64,000 nucleotides of DNA from Leucoraja erinacea (taxonomy: Eukaryota): the NCBI RefSeq assembly GCF_028641065.1, contig NC_073407.1:124001-188000 (forward strand), given 5' to 3'. Below, piece after piece: positions 10,820 through 23,636 of this stretch. The position numbers and the translations under genes are program-made. Below the pieces are notes generated by a model. The model saw only the letters and a program-made list of their open reading frames with translations. It made no database searches and was not told the origin of the DNA. Position 1 is the first letter of the stretch; every line of letters begins with the position of its first letter.

Positions 10820-13744
10820 TCTATATTACCAAAACAAAGATCTTGATCACTTTCTGACTCTGTTTCGTGATTTCTCCTATTTCAGAATTCCAAAAGTGAG
10901 GAGAAATGACGGTAGATAGAAGCGAGAGCTGAAGGGACAACAACAGCCAAAGTGCTTGGCGAACATTGGCCGTGCAGATATCGAGATTGAAAATGTTGGT
11001 GAAGTGTCTCGTTTGCTCACTGCATTTCATCAACAGTAATAATAATAATAATAAATTTTATTTATGGGCGCCTTTCAAGAGTCTCAAGGACACCTTACAA
11101 AAATTTAGCAAGTAGAGGAAAAACATGTAAGGGAATGAAATAAATAGTAGAGACATGACTAGTACACAAATTAAAGACAGAATTCAGTTCAAAACACAAT
11201 ATGAGGCAATTCAAGCACAGATGAAAAGGGAGGGGGACGTGGGGCTAAGGATAGGCAGAGGTGAAGAGATGGGTCTTGAGGCGGGACTGGAAGATGGTGA
11301 GGGACATGGAATTGCGGATCAGTTGGGGGAGGGAGTTCCAGAGCCTGGGAGCTGCCCTGGAGAAGGCTCTGTCCCCAAAACTGCGGAGGTTGGACTTGTG
11401 GATGGAGAGGAGACCGGCTGATGTGGATCTGAGAGACCGTGAGGGTTGGTAGGGGGAGAGGAGGTCAGTGAGATATGGGGGGGCCAGATGGTGGAGGGCT
11501 TTGTAGGTGAGGACCAGGATGTTGTAGGTGATCCGGTGGGAGATGGGAAGCCAGTGAAGTTTGTTGAGAGTGATGTGATGCCAGGATTTGGTGTGGGTGA
11601 TGAGTCGGGCGGCTGCGTTCTGGACCAGTTGGAGTCGGTTGATGTAGGTGGAGCTGATGCCAAGGAGAAGTGAGTTGCAGTAGTCCAGTCGGGAGGAGAT
11701 GAAGGCATGGATGAGTCTTTCAGCAGCGGGAGGTGTGAGAGAGGGTCTGATTTTGGCGATGTTGCAGAGGTGAAAGAAGGAGGTTTTAATGACAGGGCGG
11801 ATGTGAGGCTCAAGGGAGAGGGTGGAATCAAAGATCACGCCAAGGTTGCGGGCCTGGGGAGATGGGGAGATAGTGGTGCCGTTGATGGTGAGAGTGGGGT
11901 TATTGATTTTGCTGAGTGTGGATTTGGAGCCTATGAGAAGGAATTCTGTTTAATCGCTGTTGAGTTTGAGGAAGTTATGTTGCATCCAGGTTTTTATAGC
12001 TGACAAACAGGAGTTGATATGGGGGGGAGGGGGGTTGTGAAGGGATTTGGTGCCGAGGTAGATCTGGGTGTCATCAGCGTAACAGTGGAAGTCCAGGTTG
12101 AAGTGGCGGAGTATCTGACCAAGGGGGAGGATGTAGATGATGAAGAGGAGGGGGATGAGTACGGAGCCTTGGGGAACTCCTTGAGTGACTGTGGCTGTAG
12201 CAGAGGTGTGGTTGTGGAGAGAGATGAAGTGGGATCTGTTGGAAAGGTAGGAACGGAGCCAGCTGAGTGCAGGACCTTCAATGCCGAGGTCTTTGAGTCT
12301 GGTGAGCAGGATGTTATGGTTCACTGTATCGAAGGCTGCGCTCAGGTCGAGGAGGATGAGGATGTTGAGGGAACCAGTGTCAGCAGAGGTGAAGAGGTCG
12401 TTGAGGACTTTGAGGAGAGCAGTTTCTGTGCTATGGAGGGGGCGAAAGCCAGATTGGAGGGGTTCAAAAAGAAAAATCTGGCTGTAAAATTTTAAAATCA
12501 CCCATGGTTCTGAAGTGGGTTTTTACATGCAAAAAGAAAACGCTTCTGAAGCTAAATATTTCATTAAAAATCTCCAGACTTACGAGTGGTGTGTGGAAAA
12601 GTACGTTTTCTATCATTATGCTATTGAGATGGATATTTTGGGAAATAATAAAATGTCCTGAAAGCTTAAACACCCACTCCCTTTCAATAGGATATTGTCA
12701 AATTGCTGAGGTTGATTATGTCCATTTAACAGCTAACAATTATGCCATTCCTTGGCTTGCATCTGAGTAAAATGCAATTCAAACCCCACGTATGGTTTGC
12801 AAATTTTTTAATGATAAATTTTGCTTCAGTGGCGTTGTAAAAACCCACTTGAGAACCATGGGCGATTTTAAAATTTTACAGCCAGATTTATCACTTCTGA
12901 AACTTTTTAGATGTCAAAGCAATCAAGAAAAAACACAAATAATATCTTACTGTTGATGAAACGCAGTGAGCAAACGCGATACTTCACCAATATTTTCAAT
13001 CTCGATATCTGCACGGCCAATGTTCGCCAAACTTTTTAGATACCAAAGGAAGCAAGAAAAAACACAAATAATGCCTTACTGTTGCTACGCTATGCAAACT
13101 GGAGTACACGTGATGAACTGCAGGTAAGCACTTACCATTGTTTCCAGCGCTCGCCAAGCACTTTGGATGTTATTGTTCCTTCAGCTCTCGCTTCTAGCTA
13201 CCGTAATTTCTCCTCATTTTTGGAATTCTGAAGTAGGATAAATGTCTCTCACGCTTATCCCGATTTCCATAATTATTTATAGTGCAAAAATTGACCATTT
13301 CGGCGGATTTTAACGGGCCCGCTACGCTGGAAACAATGGTAAGTGCTTACCTGCAGTTCATCGCGTGTACTCCAGTTTGCATAGCGCAGCAACAGTAAGG
13401 CATTATTTGTGTTTTTCTCTCTCTCTCACAGAGGCTGTCACCTGTTTTGGGCAGAATTTATGGCAGGTTCTCAACTGCCAGCCTGCCAGGTCTGAGTGAC
13501 GGTACTGCCAGGCCTCGGTGATTGAGCTGCCAGCCCAATAATCCATTTGGCCCACAATGTCAATACTAGCCCTCTGGAAACCAGTCCCTTCGGCCCACAA
13601 CACCCATACTATTGCAACAGAAAGCCCTCCCCCCCACCCCCACACTGGCCAGCAATATTGGAATTGGTGGAGAGGTGGAATATTGCGTTGGGTTACCAGC
13701 CCTCCCGTGTGATGTTGGGACCAAACGGGTCTCACTTAGTCTAG
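10820..13744 (+). mobile_element. Non-autonomous Helitron with nested inverted repeats and an L2 insertion
   Basis: A|TCTATATTACC start; subterminal hairpin gggacc...ggtctc followed by CTAG|T; AT target with no TSD. Confidence 0.75.
11039..12463 (-). mobile_element. L2 LINE, 5'-truncated
   Basis: QSGFRPLHSTETALL, LDLSAAFDTV, YADD, HAFISSRLDYCNS; (ATT)n tail. Confidence 0.93.
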
Positions 13745-13762
13745 TACTATAAAAGTGCAATC

Positions 13763-13817
13763 CATTTTCTCTTTAACTGTAACACTAAAATGTAGTGTTA
13801 CAGTTAAAGAGAAAATG
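13763..13817. repeat. Perfect 25-bp inverted repeat with 5-nt loop
   Basis: cattttctctttaactgtaacacta-aaatg-tagtgttacagttaaagagaaaatg. Confidence 0.95.
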
Positions 13818-13832
13818 TCCAATATCTACAAT

Positions 13833-14029
13833 GAAAGGTAGACAAAAATGCTGGAGGAAACTCCGCGGGTGAGGCAGCATCTCTGGGGAGAAGGAATAGG
13901 CGATGTTTCGGGTAGAGATCCGAAACGTCGCCTATTCCTTCTCTCCATAGATGCTGCCTCACCCACTGAGTTTTTCCCTGCATTTTTGTCTACCTCCGAT
14001 TTTTACAGTATCTGCAGTTCATTCTCAAA
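13833..14029. mobile_element. Palindromic mini-element built from two inverted PLE tails
   Basis: Arms 13836-~13911 and ~13918-13995; 13-bp TSD caatatctacaat at 13820-13832 and 14030-14042. Confidence 0.85.
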
Positions 14030-14179
14030 CAATATCTACAATCAAATAGGTTGTTAAGATCGGGACTGTATCCTATCTTAACAGGGAAGTCTGATAATAG
14101 AGCTGAATAAGCTATTAGTCTGGTGGTGGAAGGGGAAGCTGTGGAAGGATTGGGTAGCTGTACATATATACCTTATAAC

Positions 14180-14522
14180 GTATAACCATATAACAATTAC
14201 AGCACGGAAACAGGCCATCTCGGCCCTTCTAGTCCGTGCTGAACACTTACTCTCACCTAGTCCCATCTATCTGCACTCAGCCCATAACCCTCCATTCCTT
14301 TCCCGTCCATATACCTAACCAATTTATTTTTAAATGATAAAATCGAACCTGCCTCCACCACTTCCACTGGAAGCTCATTCCACACAGCAACCACTCTCTG
14401 AGCAAAGAAGTTTCCCCTTATGTTACCCCTAAACTTTTGTCTATTAATTCTCAAATCATGTCCTCTTGTTTGGATCTTCCCTACTCTCAATGGAAAAAGC
14501 TTATCCACATCAACTCTGTCCA
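14180..14522 (-). mobile_element. CR1 (HER1-type) 3' fragment
   Basis: FFAQRVVAVWNELP; (ATATGGTT) tail. Confidence 0.9.
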
Positions 14523-17135
14523 TCCTAATTGGTGTTATCTACAGACCCCCAAATAGTAGCCGGGATGCAGGGTGCAAGTTGCAGCAGGAGTTAAAACTGG
14601 CATGTAACAAAGGTAATGTCACTGTGATGGGGGATTTCAATATGCAGGTAGACTGGGGAAATCAGGTTGGTTCAGGACCCCAAGAAAGAGTTTGTAGAGT
14701 GCCTCCGAGATGGATTCTTAGAGCAGCTTGTAATGGAGCCGACCAGAGAAAAGGCAATTCTGGATTTAGTGTTGTCCAATGAACCAGATATGATAAGAGA
14801 ACTCAAGGTAAAGGAACGGCTTGGAGGTAGTGATCATAATATGATTAGATTTAATCTGCAATTTAAGAAGGAGAAGGTTAAATCGGAAGTGTCAGTGATG
14901 CAGTTGAACAAAGGGGACTATGAAGGCATGAGAGTTCAAGGTAGACTGGAAAGGGATCCTAGCAGGAATGACGGTGGAACAGCAAAGGCAGGAATTTCTG
15001 ATCATAATCCAGAAGACGCAGGATCATTTCATTCCAAAAAGGAAGAAAGATTCTAAGGGGAGTAGGAGGCAACTGAGGCTGACAAGAGAAGTTAGGAATA
15101 GAATAAAACTAAGAGAAAAGATGTATAACACAGCAAAGAGTAGCCGGAAGCCAGAGGATTGGGAACCTTTCACAGGACAACCGAAGGAAACAAAACTGGC
15201 AATACGGGCTGAAAAGATGAAGTACGAATGGAAAATGACCAGGAATATAAAGGACAGAAAAAGCTTCTTTAGATATGTTAAGGGAAAAAGAGTAGCAAAG
15301 TCAAACGTGGGTCCCTTGAAGGCAGACACGGGTGAAATTATTATGGGCAACAAGGAAATTGCAGGAAAGTTGAATAGGTACTTCGGATCTGTCTTCACTG
15401 AGGAAGACACAAACAATCTCCCAGATGTACTGGAGGACAGAGGATCTAAGGAGGTAGAGGAACTGAAAGAAATTTTCATTAGGCGAGAAATAGTATTGGG
15501 TAGGCTAATGGGACTGAAGGATGATAAATCCCCTGGGCCTGATGGTCTGCATCCCAGGGTCCTCAGGGAGCTGGCTCTAGAAATGGTGGATGCATTGGTG
15601 ATCATTTTCCAATGTTCAATAGATTCAGGATCAATTCCTGTGGATTGGAGGATAGCTAATGTTATCCTACTTTTCAAGAAAGGAGTGAGAGAGAAAACGG
15701 GGAATTACAGACCAGTTAGCCTGACTTCGGTGGTGGGAAAGATGCTGGAGTCAATTATTAAAGAGGTAATAATGGGGCATTTTGATAGCAGTAAAATGAT
15801 TAGTCCAAGTCAACATGGATTTATGAAAAGGAAATCATGCTTGACTAATCTTCTGGAATTTTTTGAGGATGCGACAAGTAAAATGGATGAAGGGGAGCCA
15901 GTGGATGTAGTGTATCTAGACTTTCAGAAAGCCTTTGATATGGTCCCGCACGGGAGACTGGTGACTAAAATTAGAGCACATGGTATTGGGGGTAGAGTGT
16001 TGACATGGATAGAAAATTGGTTGACAGACCGGAATCAAAGAGTAGGAGTGAACGAGTCCTTTTCAGAATGGCAGGCAGTGGCGAGTGGAGTGCCATAAGG
16101 CTCGGTGTTAGGGCCACAACTGTTTACCATATATATTAATGATTTGGAAGATGTAATTAGGAGCAACACTAGGAAGTTTGCGGATGACACAAAGCTGGGT
16201 GGCAATGTGAGCTGTGAAGAGGATGTTAGGAGGTTGCAGGGTGACCTGAACAGGTTGAGTGAGTGGGCAGATGCGTGGCAGATGCAGTATAATATAGATA
16301 AATGTGAGGTTATCCACTTTGGCGGCAAAAACAAGGGGGCAGATTATGATCTCAATGGGGTTAGATTACGTAAGGGGAAGGTGCAGCGAGACCTGGGCGT
16401 CCTTGTACACCAGTCTTAGAATAAAGGGGAGGTCATTTAAGACTGTAGTGAGAAAAAACTTTTTCACCCAGAGAGTTGTGAATTTATGGAATCCCTGCCA
16501 CAGAGGACAGTGGAGGCCAATTCACTAGATGGATTTAATAGAGTTAGATAGAGCTCCAGGGGCTTGTGGAGTCAAGGGATATGGGGAGAAGGCAGGCACG
16601 TGATATTGATAGGGGACGATCAGCCATGATAACAATGAATGGCGGTGCCGGCTCAAACGGCCGAATGGCCTCCTCCTGCACCTATTTTCTATGTTTAAGA
16701 TCTTTAAGGTCTTTATTCTTTGGAGCACAGAAGGTTAAGGGGAAACCAGATAGAGGTCTTTAAAATTATGGGAGGGATAGACAAAGTTGATGTGGATAAG
16801 CTTTTTCCATAGAGAGTAGGGAAGATTCAAACAAGAGGACATGATTTGAGAATTAAGGGACAAAAGTTTAGGGGTAACATAAGGGGGAACTTCTTTACTC
16901 AGAGAGTGGTAGCTGTGTGGAATGAACTTCCAGTGGAAGTGGTGGAGGCAGGTTCGATTTTATAATTTAAAAATAAATTGGATATGTATATGGATGGGAA
17001 AGGAATGGGGGGGGGGGGGGGTTAATGGGCTGAGTGCAGAGAGATGGGACTAGGTGAGAGTAAGTGTTTGGCACGGACTAGAAGGGCCGAGATGGCCTGT
17101 TTCCGTGCTGTAATTGTTATATGGTTATAAGGTTA
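14523..17135 (+). mobile_element. CR1 ORF2 (APE-RT) followed by a second CR1 3' fragment
   Basis: IYRPPNS, MGDFNMQVDW, SPGPDGLHPRVL and FADD in the 376-aa ORF and neighbouring frames. Confidence 0.92.
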
Positions 17136-17149
17136 TACTCCAACGGTAG

Positions 17150-17370
17150 ACTCGGCGATCATTTTGCTGAACACTTGCACGCAGTCTGCCAAGGCCTGCT
17201 CGTTCTCCCATATGCTAACCTTTGAACTCCCCTTCCAATTCCCATACTGACCTTTCTGTCATGGGCCGACTGCCAGAACGAGGCCACAGTCAAAGTCAAG
17301 GAGCAGGACCGCTTGTTCCGCTTGGGTAGCTTACTACCGAATGAGCATTTGAATTCTACAATTTTTGGTA
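17150..17370 (+). mobile_element. PLE GIY-YIG fragment
   Basis: RRLGDHFAEHL...LFRLGSL remnant. Confidence 0.65.
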
Positions 17371-17744
17371 AGTTACCTAAAATCTAGAACCCCCCTGCAT
17401 GTAATCTATCTATGTTTTCCAAAAATGTTGCCTGACCTACTAAGTTACTTCAGCATCTTGTGTGTTTTATTCTCAAGCAGCATCTGCAGTTCTTTGGCTC
17501 TACAAACAAAGTGGCAAACCCATTTGCTTTCCCAACAAGCTGTATTTACCCTTTGTTTACTAGCTTCTACAGTTCAGTCTATTCATAATTACAATTAACT
17601 CAAATAGTAATAACGAAAGATTAACGAAAGAATAGAAATATTAATCATGTTCCTATAAGTAAATTAGCTTAATCTCACCCACTGCAAATGCGCATGCCTT
17701 TCCCTGTCATTAACATGAATGTTTTTGAGTCATGATGGTCTGTG

Positions 17745-20700
17745 TTTTTATGGAGAAGGTCAGAACTGGACCTAGGGTTGAGATTTTTGATTGGAGAAAG
17801 GCTAACTTTGATGAGATGCGAGATGATTTAAAAGGAGTGAACTGGGACATTTTGTTTTATGGGAAAGATGTAGAAGAGAAATGGAGGATATTTAAAGGGG
17901 AAATTTTAAGAGTACAGAATCTTTATGTTCCTGTTTGGTTGAAAGGAAACAGTAAAAATTGGAAAGAGCCATGGTTTACAAGGGAAATTGAACAAGATGG
18001 CGCCGATGTCTATGGCTGCCCGTCTGTTGCTCTCGCTGTTTTTTGTGTATTCTGTTGGTGTTATACAACTAAAGTCTCTGCTGGTCTACGACCGTACATC
18101 TCTAATGGACATTCAGCGTAATGTCGGTGCCTTTGTTTACTGCGGACATACTACACTGCCCCCGTTCCTCTTGGGAATCCAAACTCGCCTGGAGTGGGTT
18201 TTAAGCCCGAGGAAGCGTCGCCGTCGCCGTGGCAAACGTAGCGGTCGACTGGTGAAGTCTAAACTGGGTGGGCCAGGAGGTGGGAATCTCCTCGAAAGCC
18301 TTGAGCGTCGGGAACACCTTGCTCAGGGACATCTCCGGGGCCTTCAGCCTGGTGCTCTTCAACTGTCAACGGACAATCTCCTCCCCAACGATCGGGAGCG
18401 CTGTCCACCTGCTGCAGCACGGAGAACTGGCCTGGCTCACCGTCTCGGTAGGAGGAACGAAGGAGGTCACCTGGTACACCAGCTCTTCCAGGTGGATCCC
18501 TTCGCCCCCACCCCTTCCTATGTTCAGGAGCTGTGGCGAGACGGGCCACGCCTCCCATGTTCTCCTCGGCCCCGCCACCGCGGGGTGAATCCCCGGAAAC
18601 TGAGGACTCTGCACCGGGCTCAGCGATCAGCTGATTCTGGTGAGTCCATCCCCCTCCAGGATTGATTTAGTGAACGCCAGATCCCTGGCAAACAAAACTT
18701 TTATACTGAGGGATCTCTTCTGCTCACATGGACTGGATTTCCTCTGTGTGACTGAGACTTGGATGGGTCCAGGTGAGTGCAGTGTTCTTGTTGAGCTATT
18801 GCCGGCTGGCTGCTCTTATTTCAACTCACCGCGGATATCGGGCCGTGGACGAGGAACAGCGGCTGTTTATAAAAATAACTTTAAGTGCAGGCAGTGCCCA
18901 CTATCATCTTCTTTCTCCAGTTTCGAAGCAACTTTATTTGAAGTGGGCCACTCCAACCCGGTGCTTTGTGCGGTCATCTACTGACCTCCCAAGTATAATA
19001 AGGACTTTGTAAATTAATTCTCTGATTTTCTGGCTGGGATCATGCCCAACTATGATCGTGTCCTTTTGGTTTGGGACTTTAACATCCATGTGTGCTGTCC
19101 TGATAAGCCGTTAGTGAAGGACTTTTTTAACCTTGTTGACTCTTTTGATTTTGTCCAGTGTGTGTCTGGTCCCACACACGAACATGGACATACACTGGAC
19201 CTTGTTCTCTCTCATGGCTTGTCTGTGTTGAATTTGGAAATCTCTGATAGTGTGTTTTCTGATCATATGCCTGTATTATTTGATGTCAATTTCTCCTGTG
19301 AAGCAATTATACCTGTGGTGTCTGCTCGGCGCTGTCGGTCTTTTAACCCTTTTACTGCTGGCAAGTTCTCTGCTGCTTTCGATCAGCTCTGCGCACCCTC
19401 TGCGTCCACTCCTCTTGGTACGGAGGAGATTAGTTCGTGGTTTCATTCTTCCTGCAGGACTATACTGGACTCTGTGGCTCCGTTAAGATCGTTGAAGCCG
19501 AGGGCTAAACCTGAACCCTGGTTCAGTGCCGTAACTCGTACAGCTCGGCGGGAGTGTCATAGAGCTGAGCAAAAGTGGAGGAAGGACAGGCTACAGGGTT
19601 CACTTCAAATTCTCAGGGACTGTTGGCGTCACTACCAAAACAGTGTTAAAAAGGCCAAGAGAGAGTACCTGCCTAAAATTATTGTGTTGAAGTGTAACAA
19701 CCCACGTGTGCTATTTGAAATCATTGACTCTGTTCTAAATGCCCTGCAGCCTGTCTGTCTGGAAGCTTCACCTGAAATGTGTAATGACTTCCTGCACTTT
19801 TTTGTTGATAAGGTTGTTTCCTTAAGGGCTCTCATTTCAGCTCCTGCCTCTGACCCTTCTGTTTCGGTCCCTTGCCTGGTGGTATTCGACAAGTTTGAGC
19901 CTGTGACAATATCGTATTTAAAGGATGTGGTTTCCCATATTAAGCCATTGGGTTCTCCTTGTGATGCGGTCCCTCCGCATCTTTTTTAAAGAGGTTTTCC
20001 CTAGTATAGGGCAGTCGGTTCTTACCATTATTAACAGCAGCTTGTGTTCTGGGGTTGTCCCCGTGAGTTTTAAACATGCGGTAGTGCAACCACTACTTAA
20101 GAAACCTGGCCTGGATCAATCTGTTCTGGCCAATTTTAGACCCATCTCGAAATTGCCTTTTATTTCTAAATTACTGGAGAGAGTTGTTTATGCTCAGCTG
20201 AAACTATTCCTGGAGGAGCATGATATTCGGGAGGTCTTCCAGTCTGGATTTAAAACCATGCACAGCACGGAGTCAGCATTGCTAAGGGTTTTTAACGACA
20301 TCCTCCTGGCTAATGATTCTGGGGATTGTGTGGGTCTTGTCCTGCTGGACTTGTCTGCCGCCTTTGATACGGTGGACCATAATATCTTATTATCTCGGCT
20401 ACAGCAGTTAGTGGGCATCTGCGGCACTGCCCTGGGATGGTTCAGGTCCTATCTGGCGGACAGAACCATGTGCGTTAGCCTTGCTGGGTTTGAATCCTCT
20501 TCCGCTCCCCTGTCATATGGGGTTCCACAGGGTTCGATTCTGGGGCCCCTGCTTTTCTCGCTATACATACTTCCTCTGGGTTCCATCCTTAGAAAGCATG
20601 GCATCTCTTTCCACTGTTATGCAGATGATACCCAGCTTTATTTGCCGCTGAGGGGGGAAGACGCCTTTTCTGTAAAATCGCTTCTGTCTTGTCTTGATGA

Positions 20701-23636
20701 CATTAAGTCCTGGATGGCCCTAAACTTTCTTGGATTTAATGAAAAGAAGACAGAGGTGATTTTATTTGATCCCAATGGCTGCCGTGAACCTCCATTTGTT
20801 GATTTAGGTCCATTGTCAAGGTACGTGAAGCCAACAGTTGTAACCTGGGTTTTAGGATGGACAGTGACTTTAAATTAGATCGCCAAATATGCGCGGTGGT
20901 TAAGTCCAGCTTCTTTCACCTAAGGAAGCTGGCGAAGGTGAAGCCCATTCTCGAGCGGCAGCATTTTGAGACAGTGATCCATGCCTTTATTACATCTAGG
21001 CTGGATTATTGTAACGCGCTCTATTTTGGTGTTGCTCGTTCTTCACTGGCTCGTCTCCAGTTGGTTCAAAATGCTGCTGCTCGCCTTTTAACAGGGACTC
21101 GAAAGAGGGAGCACATATCGCCAATTCTGGCCTCCCTACACTGGCTCCCTGTGCACTTTCGAGTTCATTTTAAGATACTGTTATTTGTTTTTAAATCTCT
21201 GAATGGGCTCGCCCCGCCTTACCTTTCTGAGCTGCTCCACCCATACGCTCCTGCCCGGTCCCTCAGGTCAGCTGGTCAGCTGCTCCTGGAGGTACCGAGG
21301 TCTAATCGGAGGCTCAGAGGGGATAGAGCCTTCTCTGTTGCTGCTCCGGCACTCTGGAACACCCTGCCGTTGCACATCAGACAGGCCCCCTCACTGTCCA
21401 TCTTCAAATCCAGTGTTAAGACACATTTGTACTCCCTGGCTTTTGACCATGCCTGAGACTTTGCTTTTGTTCTTGGTGTTTTTGGTGTTTCTTTATTTTA
21501 CATGACTTTTCCTACTATTTCTTTTGATTGTTATTTTTGGTGTGTATTAACTTTTTTGTCAATGATTAGTGATAAACAGCACTTTGTTGCAACTATGATT
21601 GTTTTTAAAGTGCTCTATAAATAAAATTATTATTATAATTATTTATTATCTTGTTCGGAAAAAGAGGGAGATCTACAATAATTATAGACAGCATGAAGTA
21701 AATGAGGTGCTTGAGGAGTATAAGGAATGTAAAAAGAATCTTAAGAAAGAAATTAGAAAAGCTAAAAGAAGATATGAGGTTGCTTTGGCAAGTAAGGTGA
21801 AAGTAAATCCAAATAGTTTCTACAGCTATATTAATAGCAAAAGGATAACGAGGGATAACATTGGTCCATTGGAGAGACAGAGTGGGAAGCTATCTGCAGA
21901 GCCAAAAGAGATGGGGGAGATATTGAACAATTTATTTTCTTTGGTATTCACCAAGGAGAAGGATATTGAATTATGTGAGGTAAGGGAAACGAGTAGAGTA
22001 GCTATGGATACTATGAGTTTCAAAATAAAAGAAGTACTAACACTTTTGAAAAATATAAAAGTGGATAAGTCTCCAGGTCCTGACAGGATATTCCCTAGGA
22101 CATTGAGGGAAGTTAGTGTAGAAATAGCCGGGGCAATGACAGAAATATTTCAAATGTCATTAGAAACGGGAATAGTCCCCGAGGATTGGCGTACTGCGCA
22201 TGTTGTTCCATTGTTTAAAAAGGGTTCTAAGAGTAAACCTAGCAATTATAGACCTGTTAGTTTGACTTCAGTGTGGGCAAATTAATGGAAAAGATACTTA
22301 GAGATAATATATATAAGCATCTGGATAAGCAGGGTCTGATTAGGAACAGTCAACATGGATTTGTGCCTGGAAGGTCATGTTTGACAAATTTTCTTGAATT
22401 TTTTGAAGAGGTTACTAGGGAAATTGACGAGGGTAAAGCAGTGGATGTTGTCTATATGGACTTTAGTAAGGCCTTTGACAAGGTTCCTCATGGAAGGTTG
22501 GTTCAGAAGGTTAAACTGTTGGGTATAAATGCCGGAATAGCAAGATGGATTCAACAGTGGCTGAATGGGAGAAGCCAGAGGGTAATGGTGGATGGCTGTT
22601 TATCGGGTTGGAGGCAGGTGACTAGTGGGGTGCCTCAGGGATCTGTGTTGGGTCCTTTGTTGTTTGTCATGTACATCAATGATCTGGATGAAGGTGTGGT
22701 AAATTGGATTAGTAAGTATGCAGATGATACCAAGATAGGGGGTGTTGTGGATAATGAAGAGGATTTCCAAAGTCTACAGAGTGATTTAGGCCATTTGGAA
22801 AAATGGGCTGAAAGATGGCAGATGGAGTTTAATGCTGATAAATGTGAGGTGCTACACCTTGGCAGGACAAATCAAAATAGGACGTACATGGTAAATGGTA
22901 GGGCATTGAAGAATACAGTTGAACAGAGGGATCTGGGAATAACCGTGCATAGTTCCTTGAAGGTGGAATCTCATATAGATAGGGTGGTAAAGAAAGCTTT
23001 TGGTATGCTAGCCTTTATAAATCAGAGGATTGAGTATAGCAGCTGGGATGTAATGTTAAAATTGTACAAGGCATTGGTGAGACCAAATCTGGAGTATGGT
23101 GTACAATTTTGATCGCCCAATTATAGGATGGATGTCAACAAAATAGAGAGAGTACAGAGGAGATTTACTAGAATGTTGCCTGGGTTTCAACAACTAAGTT
23201 ACAGAGATAGGTTGAATAAGTTAGGTCTTTATTCTCTGGAGTGCAGAAGGTTACTTGATAGAGGTCTTTAAAATGATGAGAGGGATAGACAGAGTTGATG
23301 TGGACAAGCTTTTCCCTTTGAGAATAGGGAAGATTCAAACAAGAGGACATGACTTCAGAATTAAGGGACAGAAGTTTAGGGGTAACATGAGGGGGAACTT
23401 CTTTACTCAGAGAGTGGTAGCGGTGTGGAATGAGCTTCAAGTGGAAGTGGTGGAGGCAGGTTCGTTGGTATCATTTAAAAATAAATTGGATAGGCATATG
23501 GATGAGAAGGGAATGGAGGGTTATGGTATGATTGCAGGCAGGTGGGACTAAGGGAAAAAAGTTGTTCGGCACGGACTTGTAGGGCCGAGATGGCCTGTTT
23601 CCGTGCTGTAATTGTTATATGGTTATATGGTTATAT
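17745..23636 (+). mobile_element. CR1 (HER1-type) ORF2 interrupted by an L2
   Basis: WFTREI stops at ~17990 and resumes as LVRKKRE at ~21645; RT with YADD; (ATATGGTT)n tail. Confidence 0.9.
17991..21642 (+). mobile_element. Near full-length L2-clade LINE (single long ORF with a few lesions)
   Basis: 5' AACAAGATGGCG; RRRRRGKRSG; APE motifs NARSL, CVTETW, DFNIH; RT YADD; tail tgctctataaataaa(att)n. Confidence 0.9.
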
